Source: Candidatus Kaiserbacteria bacterium
Lineage (GTDB): Bacteria; Patescibacteriota; Minisyncoccia; Phycocordibacterales; UBA2100
Assembly (NCBI GenBank): GCA_023267655.1
Contig: JAHFMV010000006.1
Span: 1-59,292 of the forward strand
DNA: 59,292 nucleotides
Reading direction: 5' to 3'
Of this stretch, positions 16,418 through 26,631 are shown piece by piece. Made by a program: the position numbers and the translations under genes. The notes beneath the pieces were generated by a model. That model searched no databases, was not told the DNA's origin, and saw only the letters and a program-made list of their open reading frames with translations. The stretch's first letter is position 1, and the number at the start of each line of letters is the position of its first letter.

Positions 16418-17746
16418 TCACCAATACGTACCGTCCATGCAGGCATAGCAGAACAATTCGGGATTGGGCGACATTTGCTTGAGGACTTCAAGCGGCAGAT
16501 ATTCGAGCGAATCAGCGCCAACAGTTTTTCGGATCTCTTCAACGCTCTTTTGTGCTGCGATCAACTCGTCGTACGTCGGCGTGTTGATGCCGTAGGTGCA
16601 CGGATGCTTGATCGGCGGACATGCAATACGCAGATGTATTTCACGCGCACCAAGGAAACGCAACACCCTGACGAACTTGATCGTTGTCGTGCCACGGACG
16701 ATCGAATCATCTACGACAACGATCTTCCGTCCATAGATCTCATCCGCAGTGAACTGCAATTTCTGCGACACAATATCGTCCCGCTGTGCCTGCTTGGCGG
16801 CAAGAAAACTTCTGCCGACGTAGTGATTGCGGAAGATCATCGGGAAATATGTACCCGATGCGCCACTTTTCCCGTAGCCCATTGCGATCAAAATCGCACT
16901 GTCAGGAACTCCCATGACGAAATCCGCATCATGTGCGGGGCACGTCACTTCAAGTGCCTCGCCGAGGGCGACACGAAACTGGGTGACTCTTTCGCCGAAA
17001 ATGGTACTTGATGGATGCCCGTAGTAGATGGCCTCAAAGCGGCACTTCTTTTCTGATCCTTGCGCATACCTTCTTTCGGTGAGCCCTTCCGCATCGATCG
17101 TGACCATCGAACCTGGTCGCACGTCACACACCCACTTCGCGCCAACGTTTGCGAACGCGGCATTCTCCGAGGAAATAAAATGGCTTCCATTGCTCTCGCC
17201 AATCGAAAGCGGTCGGTTGCCATGCGGATCCTGGATCGCGATCATCCGATCGACTGATAGAACTCCAAAAGCGAAGCTCCCCTTCAAGTGAGAACATACC
17301 TTGCCGATGTCTTTCTCTATATCTCCTGTTTCAAAGATCTCGAGTAGCCGAAGAATGTATTCTGTATCAAGCGACGTTGCGCATCGGATACTAGGGAATT
17401 GTTCCCGTATTTCTTTGGTATTCGTAATGTTGCCGTTGTGGGCTATCGCGATCTGCTTTCGCCCATATATACCCATCACCGGTTGGATATTGTCGCGGCT
17501 TTCCTCATCGGCCACCGTTGGATACCGAATATGCCCGAGAGCGTCGAGTCCGTGCAGCCTTGTCAGTATCGCTGACTCGGAAAAAACTTGCCGTGCAAGC
17601 CCCGCGCCCCTTTCGCGATATAAGTGCGCACCATCAGACGAAACGATACCCACATAGTCCATGGCACGATGCTGATTGGCATGGAGGCCAATTACGCACA
17701 ATTCAGCCGCTTTCTTGGCATGAAAAACACCGAAAATTGCGCACAT
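16418..17746 (-). CDS. purF: Amidophosphoribosyltransferase
   Basis: N-terminal MCAIFG Ntn-amidotransferase start and the PRTase motif VVVDDSIVRGTT. Confidence 0.9.
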   Translation of the reverse strand: MCAIFGVFHAKKAAELCVIGLHANQHRAMDYVGIVSSDGAHLYRERGAGLARQVFSESAILTRLHGLDALGHIRYPTVADEESRDNIQPVMGIYGRKQIAIAHNGNITNTKEIREQFPSIRCATSLDTEYILRLLEIFETGDIEKDIGKVCSHLKGSFAFGVLSVDRMIAIQDPHGNRPLSIGESNGSHFISSENAAFANVGAKWVCDVRPGSMVTIDAEGLTERRYAQGSEKKCRFEAIYYGHPSSTIFGERVTQFRVALGEALEVTCPAHDADFVMGVPDSAILIAMGYGKSGASGTYFPMIFRNHYVGRSFLAAKQAQRDDIVSQKLQFTADEIYGRKIVVVDDSIVRGTTTIKFVRVLRFLGAREIHLRIACPPIKHPCTYGINTPTYDELIAAQKSVEEIRKTVGADSLEYLPLEVLKQMSPNPELFCYACMDGTYW

Positions 17747-17825
17747 GACGTGTCTCCCGTTGTTGCCGTAAGATCTGTCTGCCTAGATTATATGTGATGG
17801 TCGTCGGTCGCCTATCCACAGCTCT

Positions 17826-20800
17826 TTACGCAAGCGGCGCGTGTTCGATATCCTGCTTTTTCTTCGGTACGATACCGTGTTCGATCAATATCTTTTCAAA
17901 TGCATCACGTTCGAGATTCTCAACTTCGACAAGCGCCATCGCAATAGCATCAAGCGCCTTGCGGTGTTTCGTCATGACTTCGAGTGCACGCTTGTGTGCA
18001 TGTGTGATGATATCTTTTACTTCCGCATCGATTGCAGAAGCAACTTCTTCTGATTGCTGGTTTGGCTCGACGCCAGCACCAAAGAGCGTCCGTCCCATTG
18101 CCGGATCAAGCGCCATCGGACCAAACTTCTCCGACATGCCGTATTTTGCGACCATGTCGCGCGCAAGCGCAGTCAAAACCTGCAAATCATTTGATGCGCC
18201 CGTCGTTATGTCGTCATAAATCATCTTCTCCGCGATATACCCGCCAAGCGAAACCGCGATGTCATCGAGAAATTCTTTTTTCGATTGCATGCGGCGATCG
18301 TCAAGCGGCAGCTTCAGCGTGTATCCGGCAGCGCGGCCGCGCGATATGATCGAGACTTTGTGCACCGGATCAGCGTACGGCAAGACCGATGCAATGAGTG
18401 CATGCCCCGCTTCGTGATACGCGGTGATTTCTTTTTCCTTCTTATTCAACACGTGCGACCGGCGTTCGGGCCCGAGCATGACTTTCTCGATCGAGCGAAT
18501 GAGATCGTACTGCGTGACTTCGGTGCGGTCTTCGCGCGCGGCAAGAATCGCCGCTTCGTTCATCAAATTCGCGAGATCCGCACCGCTAAAGCCCGGAGTT
18601 CTCTCTGCGATCACATTCAGATTCGTATCCGGCCCCAACGGTTTTTGTTTCGCGTGCACTTTTAAAATTTCCTCGCGATCGCGACGATCCGGCAGGTCAA
18701 TCGTGACGCGACGGTCGAAACGACCGGGGCGAAGCAGCGCCGGATCGAGCACATCCGGGCGGTTCGATGCCGCCATCACGATGACTTTTTCGTTCGGCTC
18801 AAAGCCGTCCATTTCAACGAGAATCTGGTTGAGCGTCTGTTCGCGTTCATCATTTCCCCCACCAACGCCCGTGCCGCGAATGCGTCCGACTGCGTCGATT
18901 TCGTCCATAAAGACAATCGCGGGAGCGGCACGCTTTGCCGTTTGGAACAGATCACGCACGCGCGATGCGCCGACGCCGACGAACATTTCGACGAATTCAG
19001 AACCGCTGATGGAGAAGAACGGCACGCCGGCTTCGCCGGCAACCGCACGCGCAAGAAGTGTATTGTGGTTCACGAGTCCATTTGCAATAAAGTTATGACT
19101 TTGCGGCACTGTGAGGTCAAATACCCGCGCATGTCCGCTTTTCTTCTCAGTGATTTTTGTAAAGAAATAATTTCCCGATGAGATTTTCTGCAAGAAATTG
19201 ATCGATTGTGAATTTCCTATCGCGGGAGCTAGCTTCGTCACACCTGCAATAAAGGTCTGTAAGCCGCGTGGTGACGGATTCCTTTCTCCCGAAATATATC
19301 TTTTGGTGTTTTTATAGAGCATTTGGTTATAAAAAGCACGATCGAGTTTTGCAGTCGTTGTTGCACGCATTTCGTCCCATACAGCACGGATCAGAGCATT
19401 CTGGTGCGGAATCACGTTGATATTCGTGTTGCGTTGCCGCTCCACGAGCTCCGCAAGGCGCTCTCGTTTGTGCGCTACGGTAAATCCTATTTCCCTTTCA
19501 AACGCTTCCAGAAAATCGCCATACACGGTGATGTAGTGCTGCAAATGGCCGTTATAGAGTTTGGTACGTGAATATACGCGCGAAACGATACCAAGATTAA
19601 GAAGTATTGCGTGCACCTCCTCAATAAGTTCACGACTCGCGCTTGAAAGCCCGACGGCACCATGCTTTTCAACATATCCATCGGTATCAAATAGTCCGCG
19701 CAAGAACGCGGTCACATGCTCTTTGGGAGCGATTTTGACCCATACCGGGACACGCTTGTGATCCGCCCCGACTTCTGCGAGTCCGTACGAAATAATCTTT
19801 CGCTTTGTATCGCCGTTCGAAATCTCATAGTCATACGGGCGCGATTTCGTTTTCCGCCATTCAGTACCGAAGTACGTGCGCGTAATTGCCTGCATCCGAT
19901 CTACGATTTCCCTGTCGGCAGATGTAAACGCCAGGCGGTTTTTAGTTGTCATGCAGCCATCGCCGATGATAACGCCAAGCATGTATGAAATATCCGAATG
20001 TTGTATGCGCGTATACGAACCGAACAGGTTGGTGTCATATGCAACCACCGCATATTCTCCTTTTTGTATTTCGTCGAGTCGGCGGAACGCGAATTGGCCT
20101 GTTTTTGCATCTACTACGACAATCGGGTGCTCTGACGTTCCTTCGATGGTGATACCGAGGTCGGAATCAAGCCGCACCGTCGGCTGTTCTCCGAGATCAT
20201 ACCAATGAGACGCTCGCGCTGATTTGAGTTCAAGAGTATCCGGATCAACCGTGCATATTGCCAATCCATCAACCTGATTCTTTTCGTCTACGGAGAAAAA
20301 CTGCGGAATATCTTGGATTGGAATTAGTCCCTTGCCCGTTAACACTTGGGTTTCTCCGACAACGCATTTCCCCGTTCCCGGCGCGCCCATGAGGAGCACG
20401 CCCTTTGGAATCCGTGCGCCGATCTGAATAAATTTCTTCGGATTTTTCAAAAAGTCCACGATTTCAGTCAATTCCGCTTTTGCTTCACGTGCGCCCGCAA
20501 CATCAGCAAAGGTCACCCGCTGCACTTCGTCTTCGGGAGAAACCAATCGCGCCATCGAGCGACCAAACGTAAACGCTTGCATGCCCGCGCCGCGCACTTG
20601 GCGCGAGAGATACCACATAATGCCGAGCAGAAGAAGTACCGGGATCAAAAGAGGCGCAAGCGTGAGGATCCAATAGCGAAGTCCCCCCTGATCTTCCACA
20701 TTCACTTTCACGCTCGCGATTTCCCCCGCGGTCAATCCATAATGCGAGAGTGTGTCCGTAAACGATGCTTCGCTTTCTTTGCGCGAATCTTTCTTGGAAT

Positions 20801-21065
20801 TATCTTTGTAGGACGCATGAATCGTATCGCCGGAAATAGTAACTTCAGACACGGTGCCTGCACGAATATCTGCCGCAATCTGCGAGACAGGAACCGTTTC
20901 TGTCTTGTTCAACCAATATTCGCGCACCGCCGTGTACGCACCCGAGAGGACAAGAAAGATGACAAACGCGATCGCGACTTGCATCCAAATGCCCGGACGC
21001 TCCGGCAGTTGCGGCATGGATTTCTTGCCTTTCTTAGGCTTCTTTTGTTCGTCAGAGTCTGACAT
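17826..21065 (-). CDS. ftsH: FtsH AAA+ zinc metalloprotease, interrupted by an intein
   Basis: N-terminal TMs. Walker A is split as GAPGTGK|C...HN|[10 protein letters not shown]. Walker [19 protein letters not shown] zinc site. The extein is 644 aa. Confidence 0.95.
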   Translation of the reverse strand: MSDSDEQKKPKKGKKSMPQLPERPGIWMQVAIAFVIFLVLSGAYTAVREYWLNKTETVPVSQIAADIRAGTVSEVTISGDTIHASYKDNSKKDSRKESEASFTDTLSHYGLTAGEIASVKVNVEDQGGLRYWILTLAPLLIPVLLLLGIMWYLSRQVRGAGMQAFTFGRSMARLVSPEDEVQRVTFADVAGAREAKAELTEIVDFLKNPKKFIQIGARIPKGVLLMGAPGTGKCVVGETQVLTGKGLIPIQDIPQFFSVDEKNQVDGLAICTVDPDTLELKSARASHWYDLGEQPTVRLDSDLGITIEGTSEHPIVVVDAKTGQFAFRRLDEIQKGEYAVVAYDTNLFGSYTRIQHSDISYMLGVIIGDGCMTTKNRLAFTSADREIVDRMQAITRTYFGTEWRKTKSRPYDYEISNGDTKRKIISYGLAEVGADHKRVPVWVKIAPKEHVTAFLRGLFDTDGYVEKHGAVGLSSASRELIEEVHAILLNLGIVSRVYSRTKLYNGHLQHYITVYGDFLEAFEREIGFTVAHKRERLAELVERQRNTNINVIPHQNALIRAVWDEMRATTTAKLDRAFYNQMLYKNTKRYISGERNPSPRGLQTFIAGVTKLAPAIGNSQSINFLQKISSGNYFFTKITEKKSGHARVFDLTVPQSHNFIANGLVNHNTLLARAVAGEAGVPFFSISGSEFVEMFVGVGASRVRDLFQTAKRAAPAIVFMDEIDAVGRIRGTGVGGGNDEREQTLNQILVEMDGFEPNEKVIVMAASNRPDVLDPALLRPGRFDRRVTIDLPDRRDREEILKVHAKQKPLGPDTNLNVIAERTPGFSGADLANLMNEAAILAAREDRTEVTQYDLIRSIEKVMLGPERRSHVLNKKEKEITAYHEAGHALIASVLPYADPVHKVSIISRGRAAGYTLKLPLDDRRMQSKKEFLDDIAVSLGGYIAEKMIYDDITTGASNDLQVLTALARDMVAKYGMSEKFGPMALDPAMGRTLFGAGVEPNQQSEEVASAIDAEVKDIITHAHKRALEVMTKHRKALDAIAMALVEVENLERDAFEKILIEHGIVPKKKQDIEHAPLA
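19062..20366 (-). mobile_element. 435-aa intein with LAGLIDADG homing-endonuclease domain inside the FtsH P-loop
   Basis: Starts [10 protein letters not shown] (block A), has TSEHPIVV (block B), LGVIIGDG and [12 protein letters not shown] (LAGLIDADG), and ends [10 protein letters not shown] followed by +1 Thr. Confidence 0.85.
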
Positions 21066-21072
21066 TCAGATG

Positions 21073-21132
21073 ATTATACATATATTGACCTTGAACGGAA
21101 GATGAAGGCTTTCCCCATCGAGATGCTATATT
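21073..21132. promoter_or_regulatory. Divergent leaderless promoters of ftsH (TATAAT, minus) and smpB (TGcTATATT, plus)
   Basis: TATAAT lies 7 nt before the ftsH ATG at 21065. TATATT lies 6 nt before the smpB ATG at 21139. Confidence 0.5.
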
Positions 21133-21138
21133 TTGCGC

Positions 21139-21582
21139 ATGTCGCTGATACGCAACGACAAAATCGGGTTCGATTACACTATCCTCGAAGAAATCGAGGC
21201 GGGTTTGGAGTTGCTTGGCACTGAAGTGAAGTCGCTGCGTGCCGGACAAGGGTCTCTGAAAGGCGCCCGCGTTGTTGCCCGCGGTGGCGAAGCGTATCTC
21301 GTGGGTGCGACGATCCCGGCATGGCAGGCGGCGAACGCGCCTTCTGACTACGACGCCGTCCGCACCCGCCGTCTCCTCCTCTCAAAAAAGCAGATTTTGC
21401 AGGTCGCGGCAGCCGAGGGACAGGATCGGTTGACAATAGTCCCTATTTCGGTGTATAATAGCGGTCGGAATTTGAAGCTGTCTATCGGCATCGCGCGCGG
21501 CAAGAAAAAGGCCGACAAACGTCAGGATATAAAGAAGCGCGATACGAAACGGCAGATCGAGAGAACTTTGAAAATTAAATAG
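21139..21582 (+). CDS. smpB: SsrA-binding protein SmpB
   Basis: YTILEEIEAGLELLGTEVKSLR...YLVGATIPAW...RTRRLLLSKKQI...KLSIGIARGKKKADKR. Confidence 0.9.
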   Translation: MSLIRNDKIGFDYTILEEIEAGLELLGTEVKSLRAGQGSLKGARVVARGGEAYLVGATIPAWQAANAPSDYDAVRTRRLLLSKKQILQVAAAEGQDRLTIVPISVYNSGRNLKLSIGIARGKKKADKRQDIKKRDTKRQIERTLKIK

Positions 21583-21590
21583 GATTTAAC

Positions 21591-21912
21591 GAGTGTTTGA
21601 GGGTGCGAAGAAAGCACCTACCTAAAAGGAGGCATCTGATATGTCCTACATATGGAACCTGAAGCTATCAGAGATAGTTTCTATGATGGGGGGTAACACC
21701 GTAGGAGAAATCATTATATCTGTATTGGCGGGCTTGGTAGTATTCTACGTCCTGATGCTTATCTGGGAAGGCTTGTTGAATTGCTGGGATAGCACCCTAG
21801 AGCTTCTTGACCGAACAAAGCAGTTCTTCTCACGTTTAAAGCGACGAGAAAAGTCTCGCTTTTAACAAAACAGAATCGGGCGAACCTTAGTTCGCCCCAC
21901 CCTCAAGCACTC
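21591..21912. repeat. 15-bp inverted repeat pair bracketing the small ORF between smpB and ssrA
   Basis: GAGTGTTTGAGGGTG (21591-21605) against CACCCTCAAGCACTC (21898-21912), 14/15 complementary. Confidence 0.6.
21641..21865 (+). CDS. 74-aa single-TM protein
   Basis: Strong AAAGGAGG Shine-Dalgarno sequence, hydrophobic core IIISVLAGLVVFYVLMLIW, hairpin GGGCGAAC-CTTA-GTTCGCCC downstream (21878-21897). Confidence 0.5.
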   Translation: MSYIWNLKLSEIVSMMGGNTVGEIIISVLAGLVVFYVLMLIWEGLLNCWDSTLELLDRTKQFFSRLKRREKSRF

Positions 21913-22056
21913 GTACTCAAGCACCTTTGCAAAAGCAAGGTGCTCGATAACCTTCTAGTCCTTCCCCGTGAGATATTAAGCATTTTACAGAGTACACAAA
22001 TTCAGAAATTACTGACATGATTAACTCGGTAGTAGAAAAGATTTTGGTATCTCACG

Positions 22057-22444
22057 GGGGATGATTGGCTTCGACAGGGAGATCGATGCATATACGTGCA
22101 TGGCGGAAGTGGGAATCTTCCTTAAAAATCCCAAACTCTAAGTGCAAACAAAACTGCACGGGGGGTTCTCTCACCTATTCAGGTGGCAGACCTCGGCCTC
22201 GTTTTTGCTTAATCGCTCAAACGACCGTTCGTTCGGGGGGTATCTGATACCTCTGATGCGAGCGTCATAACCATCAGATCCGATTTCTAATCCACTCCGG
22301 TTAGAAGTTTAAAGAAAGAGAGTCCGCTTCAGCATGATTTCGTTTCTCTTCTACATGCAGAAGCTAAACTTCAAGAAAAACTAAGCCACGTAGAGTCGTA
22401 TTTGTATTTCTCTTTGCACCCGGGTTCGATTCCCGGCGTCTCCA
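22057..22444 (+). ncRNA. ssrA: tmRNA (ssrA)
   Basis: 5' GGGGATGATTGGCTTCGACAGGG and 3' GGGTTCGATTCCCGGCGTCTCCA. The acceptor stem carries a G3-U70 pair. Candidate tag ORF 22144-22212 (ANKTARGVLSPIQVADLGLVFA*). Confidence 0.9.
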
Positions 22445-22535
22445 TAGTTTGTGTTCGGCACATCGCATATGACAAAAGTCGTATGCGAAATGCCGCACGT
22501 GCGGCTTGTTCTCAATAATATGAAAGGGCTGACCG

Positions 22536-22841
22536 ATGAGAGTTATCCTTCACAGCAATCTTGAGCGCGGAGAGTATTTCTTCTCGACGGATCACTGTCA
22601 GCCGAAGACACCGGCTGGCTTCGTCCCGATTACGACGACTTTGCCGCACCGAGTAACACCACGGCCGGCGCTTCCTTCGGGGGTAGTAGCCACCATCGAG
22701 GAGATGGTCCTGATTTATCACGACGATCAGAAAGAGATCCCGAATCCGGATCCACGCTATCAACCTACGCCCATGCCGCCCGTCCGTCTATCAGACGAGG
22801 AGAGTGCATACATCGCACAGCACGGTATCGCGAAGTTCTAG
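22536..22841 (+). CDS. Hypothetical Pro-rich protein (101 aa)
   Basis: Intact ORF directly downstream of tmRNA. No family recognised. Confidence 0.5.
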   Translation: MRVILHSNLERGEYFFSTDHCQPKTPAGFVPITTTLPHRVTPRPALPSGVVATIEEMVLIYHDDQKEIPNPDPRYQPTPMPPVRLSDEESAYIAQHGIAKF

Positions 22842-22868
22842 CACCGATTCACGTCGAAACGAGTAAAG

Positions 22869-22904
22869 AAGACCGCACGGTGTCGCCCTGCGGTCTTTTC
22901 TTTT
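22869..22904 (+). terminator. Rho-independent terminator
   Basis: AAGACCGCA-loop-TGCGGTCTT followed by TTCTTTT. Confidence 0.7.
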
Positions 22905-22920
22905 GGTATACAATGCGACC

Positions 22921-23556
22921 ATGTCGAAACTCGACGAGATTGCGATCAATATTGAACTGGTGCTCATCAGCCTTATTGAAGGCTTTGCACTTGCGAATCT
23001 TGCCGAGCGCGCAGTGCCGCTTCTTGATAGCAAGGACGCGCTTCTGTATCTCCCCTACATTGTGTCGGGCCTTCTCATTATTCTCGTCTTCTGGTCGCAA
23101 TCCATATTGCACGCGGTTTCGTTTATCCGCTGGCCACTGAATATGTGGCACATGTTTTTGTATTTCGTAGCTGCATTCGTGCAGGTCATCGCATACAGCA
23201 ATATCGAAAACCTCACGATGTGGTTTTTCTGGTGGACGATGTTCACACTCATCGGCCTGTGCATGTATCTCCTTGATTACAAGATTATTCGCGGCGTGCG
23301 CTCACGATTCGACGCGTCGTATATCGAAAGCGTCGAAAAACGCCACACGTACGAAATTCGGGTCCTCGTCCCCGCGGCACTTGTGTTTAATGTTGCAGCA
23401 CTTGCTCTCGTGTATTTCTACCCAATGCTTTTCGTAAACCCTATCGCTTTTGCAATCCTCGGCATTCTGCAAGGACTGGTCACGCTCGTTGCACTTTTTG
23501 ATTGCGTGAGGAATTTTAATGAGCGGGGCAGGATGATTGTGGAAATGCAGAAATAA
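22921..23556 (+). CDS. Integral membrane protein (about 6 TM), unknown function
   Basis: ATG at 22921 sits 8 nt after TGgTATACA. Hydrophobic profile. Confidence 0.7.
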   Translation: MSKLDEIAINIELVLISLIEGFALANLAERAVPLLDSKDALLYLPYIVSGLLIILVFWSQSILHAVSFIRWPLNMWHMFLYFVAAFVQVIAYSNIENLTMWFFWWTMFTLIGLCMYLLDYKIIRGVRSRFDASYIESVEKRHTYEIRVLVPAALVFNVAALALVYFYPMLFVNPIAFAILGILQGLVTLVALFDCVRNFNERGRMIVEMQK

Positions 23557-23632
23557 TTCCTTTGTGCAACGATGTATGCTTACATACCCCGATGGAAAGT
23601 AAACTTCCAACGGGGCAGGCGTCAACGCTTAT

Positions 23633-24901
23633 ATGAACAAGAGTTTTTGGTGGAAGGAGGCGAAAATATACGAGCTGTATATTGATAAATTCGCGGGGAC
23701 GATTCAGAATCTCACGGCGCAGCTTGATTATTTTACGAAGCTCGGCATCAACACGCTCCATATCCTCCCGCATTATCCATCGCCGATGGTGGATGACGGC
23801 TACGATGTGATGGATTACCTGAACGTGCGGCCGGAATTGGGGACGCTTGAGGATTTTGACGCGCTCGTGAAAGAAGCACACGCACGTGGCATCCGCATCA
23901 TGCTCGATTTTGTGCTGAACCATGTGTCCGAATTCCATCCGTGGTTTATCGATGCGCGTACCCACAAAGACAGCATGCGCCGAGATTATTTTCTGTGGAG
24001 CGAAACCGGCACGGAACTTGCCGAAAGCTGGAACGCTTTCTCCGATCTGAAGCCGAAAAACTGGATTCGCAACGATCCGACCGGAGATTATTATTTTGCG
24101 ACGTTCTACCCGCAGCAACCGGATTTGAATTGGGACAATCCGGCCGTATTCGACGGCATGATGGCAAACATGGATTTTTGGGCGGACCGTGGGGTCGACG
24201 GCTTCCGTCTTGATGCCGCGGGCTCACTTATAAAACGCGAAGGATCGATTTCGAAAGGACTGCCGGAGACGCACGCCGTCCTCAAGCGAATCCGCGCACA
24301 TCTCGATGAGAAATATGGAGGCGCTATCGCCCTTCTTGCCGAAGCGCACCTTTCGATCGAAGGTATGAAAATGTATTTCGGCAACGGCGACGAGTGCCAT
24401 ATGATCTACCACTTTCCCTTGATGGAAGAAATGTTTCTCTCCCTTTTGTTCGACGAACCGGGACGTATGTCTGAAATGCTGGAGCAATCGCACGATATCC
24501 CCGCACATTGCGCATTTGCGACCTTCCTGCGCAATCACGACGAGATCTCGCTCTCGACACTCCCTCTCATTCGCCGCACGACACTTATTTCACTCCTTGA
24601 CCCGCACGGCGAATATCTTTTCAACAACGGCCAAGCGACTGCACTCCGATTGGCGAACATCTTTGCGGATGCGCCGCACAAACTCCGCGAAGCACTCGCG
24701 CTCCTGTATTCGCTTCCCGGCTCTCCCGTTATGTACTACGGCGACGAGATTGGAATGCGGAATCTCCCGCGTGACGGCGGCGAACTCGACACACGCAAAT
24801 ATGTGCGCGGTGCGTTTGATTGGGAGGAGGCGAGGCGGCAGATGCAAAATCCCGATTCGTTGTTCCATTTCGTCGCGAGCCTTATTCGTGCGCATTCTTA
24901 A
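23633..24901 (+). CDS. GH13 alpha-amylase-family enzyme (trehalose synthase / alpha-glucosidase-like catalytic domain)
   Basis: DDGYDVMDY, LDFVLNHVS, GVDGFRLDAA, LAEA, FLRNHDE: GH13 conserved regions I-IV. Confidence 0.85.
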   Translation: MNKSFWWKEAKIYELYIDKFAGTIQNLTAQLDYFTKLGINTLHILPHYPSPMVDDGYDVMDYLNVRPELGTLEDFDALVKEAHARGIRIMLDFVLNHVSEFHPWFIDARTHKDSMRRDYFLWSETGTELAESWNAFSDLKPKNWIRNDPTGDYYFATFYPQQPDLNWDNPAVFDGMMANMDFWADRGVDGFRLDAAGSLIKREGSISKGLPETHAVLKRIRAHLDEKYGGAIALLAEAHLSIEGMKMYFGNGDECHMIYHFPLMEEMFLSLLFDEPGRMSEMLEQSHDIPAHCAFATFLRNHDEISLSTLPLIRRTTLISLLDPHGEYLFNNGQATALRLANIFADAPHKLREALALLYSLPGSPVMYYGDEIGMRNLPRDGGELDTRKYVRGAFDWEEARRQMQNPDSLFHFVASLIRAHS

Positions 24902-26229
24902 TGTACCTCTCCCAGCATTGGAATGGCGAGGCGGCGGCGCGCAGTCTCGCCTTTGAATAACATACGATGACGAGCTGGTTTTTCGTAGCGCCCGAATTCT
25001 TGCCCAGTACCGAGCTTGCTCTGGTGCTGGGTCATCGCGGTAAAGCTTGAGCCAAGAAAGACGGCGTGCTTGCCATAGCGGCGTGAGATATCATCGACGC
25101 TTTCAAACACCATTTTTAATCCTTCAGATTCTTGGACTTTTCCGAAAAGATCGAGTTGCGCGGTTCCCGCGTCTTTCAGATCGACGAGCGTGATGCCGGT
25201 CGCGCGGTACTGCTTTCCTTTCTCGAAGACCTGCGAGAAGTATTTAGGGACCTCGCGCAAAATATCGTGCGGCACAGAAGTTGCATATGGTAATTTCACT
25301 TCAACGCCGTGGTATTTGAAATCCTGCGTCTTGAGGAAGAAAAAAACGCGGTTGCTTGCGAGATTCCACCTCCGCGCTTTAATGCAGGCGTTTTCCACAT
25401 TTTTCGAGAGCTGCGAGAAGATAAACGCTTGATTGCGCGAGGGTGGCGTGAAGGTTTTTGTCTTTGATATCGAGTGGTACGTTTCTTTCTTTTGTGTGTT
25501 CAGTTCGTACACGACTTCGCCGTTCAATTCCCGCCAAATTTCAAAATACGGTTTGGCGACTCTCTCGCGCACCCACGAGGCTTCCTTTTGTGCAAACTCA
25601 TGCGCTGTATAGATGCCATGCTTGTTGAGAAGCGCCCCCGTGTTTGCACCAATGCCCCAGATGTTCGTGAGCGGCGTCTTTTTAAGAAATGAGTCTGCCT
25701 CATTGAGCGGAATCACGGTAAAGCCGTCGGGCTTTTTCCATTTGGAGCCAATTTTCGCGAGGACTTTTGTTGCGGAGAGGCCGACGGAGAATGTGATACC
25801 GAGTTCGACGTTCAGTTCCTGCCTGATTGCGTGTGCCATGTCGCGATAATTCATCCTGTTCACGCGGCGCATGCCGGTCAAATCGGCAAAACATTCGTCG
25901 ATCGAATATTCCTCGACCGCGGGCGTATACCGCCGGACGATTTCGTACATGCGCTCGGAAAAGAGCGAGTATGTTTCGTAATCCGATGGAAGTATTACAG
26001 CGTCGGGGCACGCCTTGAGCGCATCGCTTAACTTCATACCACGCATGATTCCCCGCCGCTTGGCTTCGTACGTACATGCCGAGACGATGCCGCGTTCTTT
26101 GCCGGTGATGACCGGCTTCCCCTTCAGGCGCGGGTCTTTCGCCACTTCGACAGAAGCAAAAAATGAATCGCCATCGATATGTACGATGGCGCGTGGAAAA
26201 GAATACGATCGATTCCAGGTCATGACCAT
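24898..26229 (-). CDS. Y-family DNA polymerase (DinB/UmuC-like)
   Basis: IVHIDGDSFFASVE, SIDECFADLT, SVGLSATKVLAKIGS. Its start overlaps the mazG-like stop by 10 nt. Confidence 0.9.
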   Translation of the reverse strand: MVMTWNRSYSFPRAIVHIDGDSFFASVEVAKDPRLKGKPVITGKERGIVSACTYEAKRRGIMRGMKLSDALKACPDAVILPSDYETYSLFSERMYEIVRRYTPAVEEYSIDECFADLTGMRRVNRMNYRDMAHAIRQELNVELGITFSVGLSATKVLAKIGSKWKKPDGFTVIPLNEADSFLKKTPLTNIWGIGANTGALLNKHGIYTAHEFAQKEASWVRERVAKPYFEIWRELNGEVVYELNTQKKETYHSISKTKTFTPPSRNQAFIFSQLSKNVENACIKARRWNLASNRVFFFLKTQDFKYHGVEVKLPYATSVPHDILREVPKYFSQVFEKGKQYRATGITLVDLKDAGTAQLDLFGKVQESEGLKMVFESVDDISRRYGKHAVFLGSSFTAMTQHQSKLGTGQEFGRYEKPARHRMLFKGETARRRLAIPMLGEVH

Positions 26230-26612
26230 TTTCTTTTTTTATTAATTTCTTCCTTGTCGCGGAATGCTTTTTCAAGGTCAATACTGTATCGATTTGCGAT
26301 AGCGGCAGTGAAATTCAGAATGTCAGCCAACTCATCCGCTATTTCGGATACCGTTGAATCATGAGCAATGGTTATTCCCTCTCTCTTGCGAATTGCCTTG
26401 AAAAGCTCTCCGACTTCTTCTCCGAGCTGCAGTGCGGTTTGTATTGGCTTTAAATTACTCTTCTTAAATCCACGCTCTTTCTCAAGCGCGACGACATAGT
26501 CTTGTATATCTCGAAGGGTTGGCTGTTCTTTCAAATACAGACTGCTCTTTGTTTTAGTCATATTCTTTGGTTTACAGGTTTCTGTTGATAACTCATTGAC
26601 AATTCGCAACAT
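26220..26612 (-). CDS. MazG-like nucleotide pyrophosphohydrolase domain protein
   Basis: LQLGEEVGELFKAIRK...EIADELADILNFTAAIANRYSIDLEKAF (EExxE...DxxD). An alternative ATG lies at 26561. Confidence 0.75.
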   Translation of the reverse strand: MLRIVNELSTETCKPKNMTKTKSSLYLKEQPTLRDIQDYVVALEKERGFKKSNLKPIQTALQLGEEVGELFKAIRKREGITIAHDSTVSEIADELADILNFTAAIANRYSIDLEKAFRDKEEINKKRKWS

Positions 26613-26631
26613 GTCATATAGTATGACCTCA

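Noticed and set aside
22065-22247. 60-aa ORF at the start of the tmRNA region
   Set aside because: It lies inside the tmRNA gene (22057-22444). The real coding part of tmRNA is only the short tag frame.
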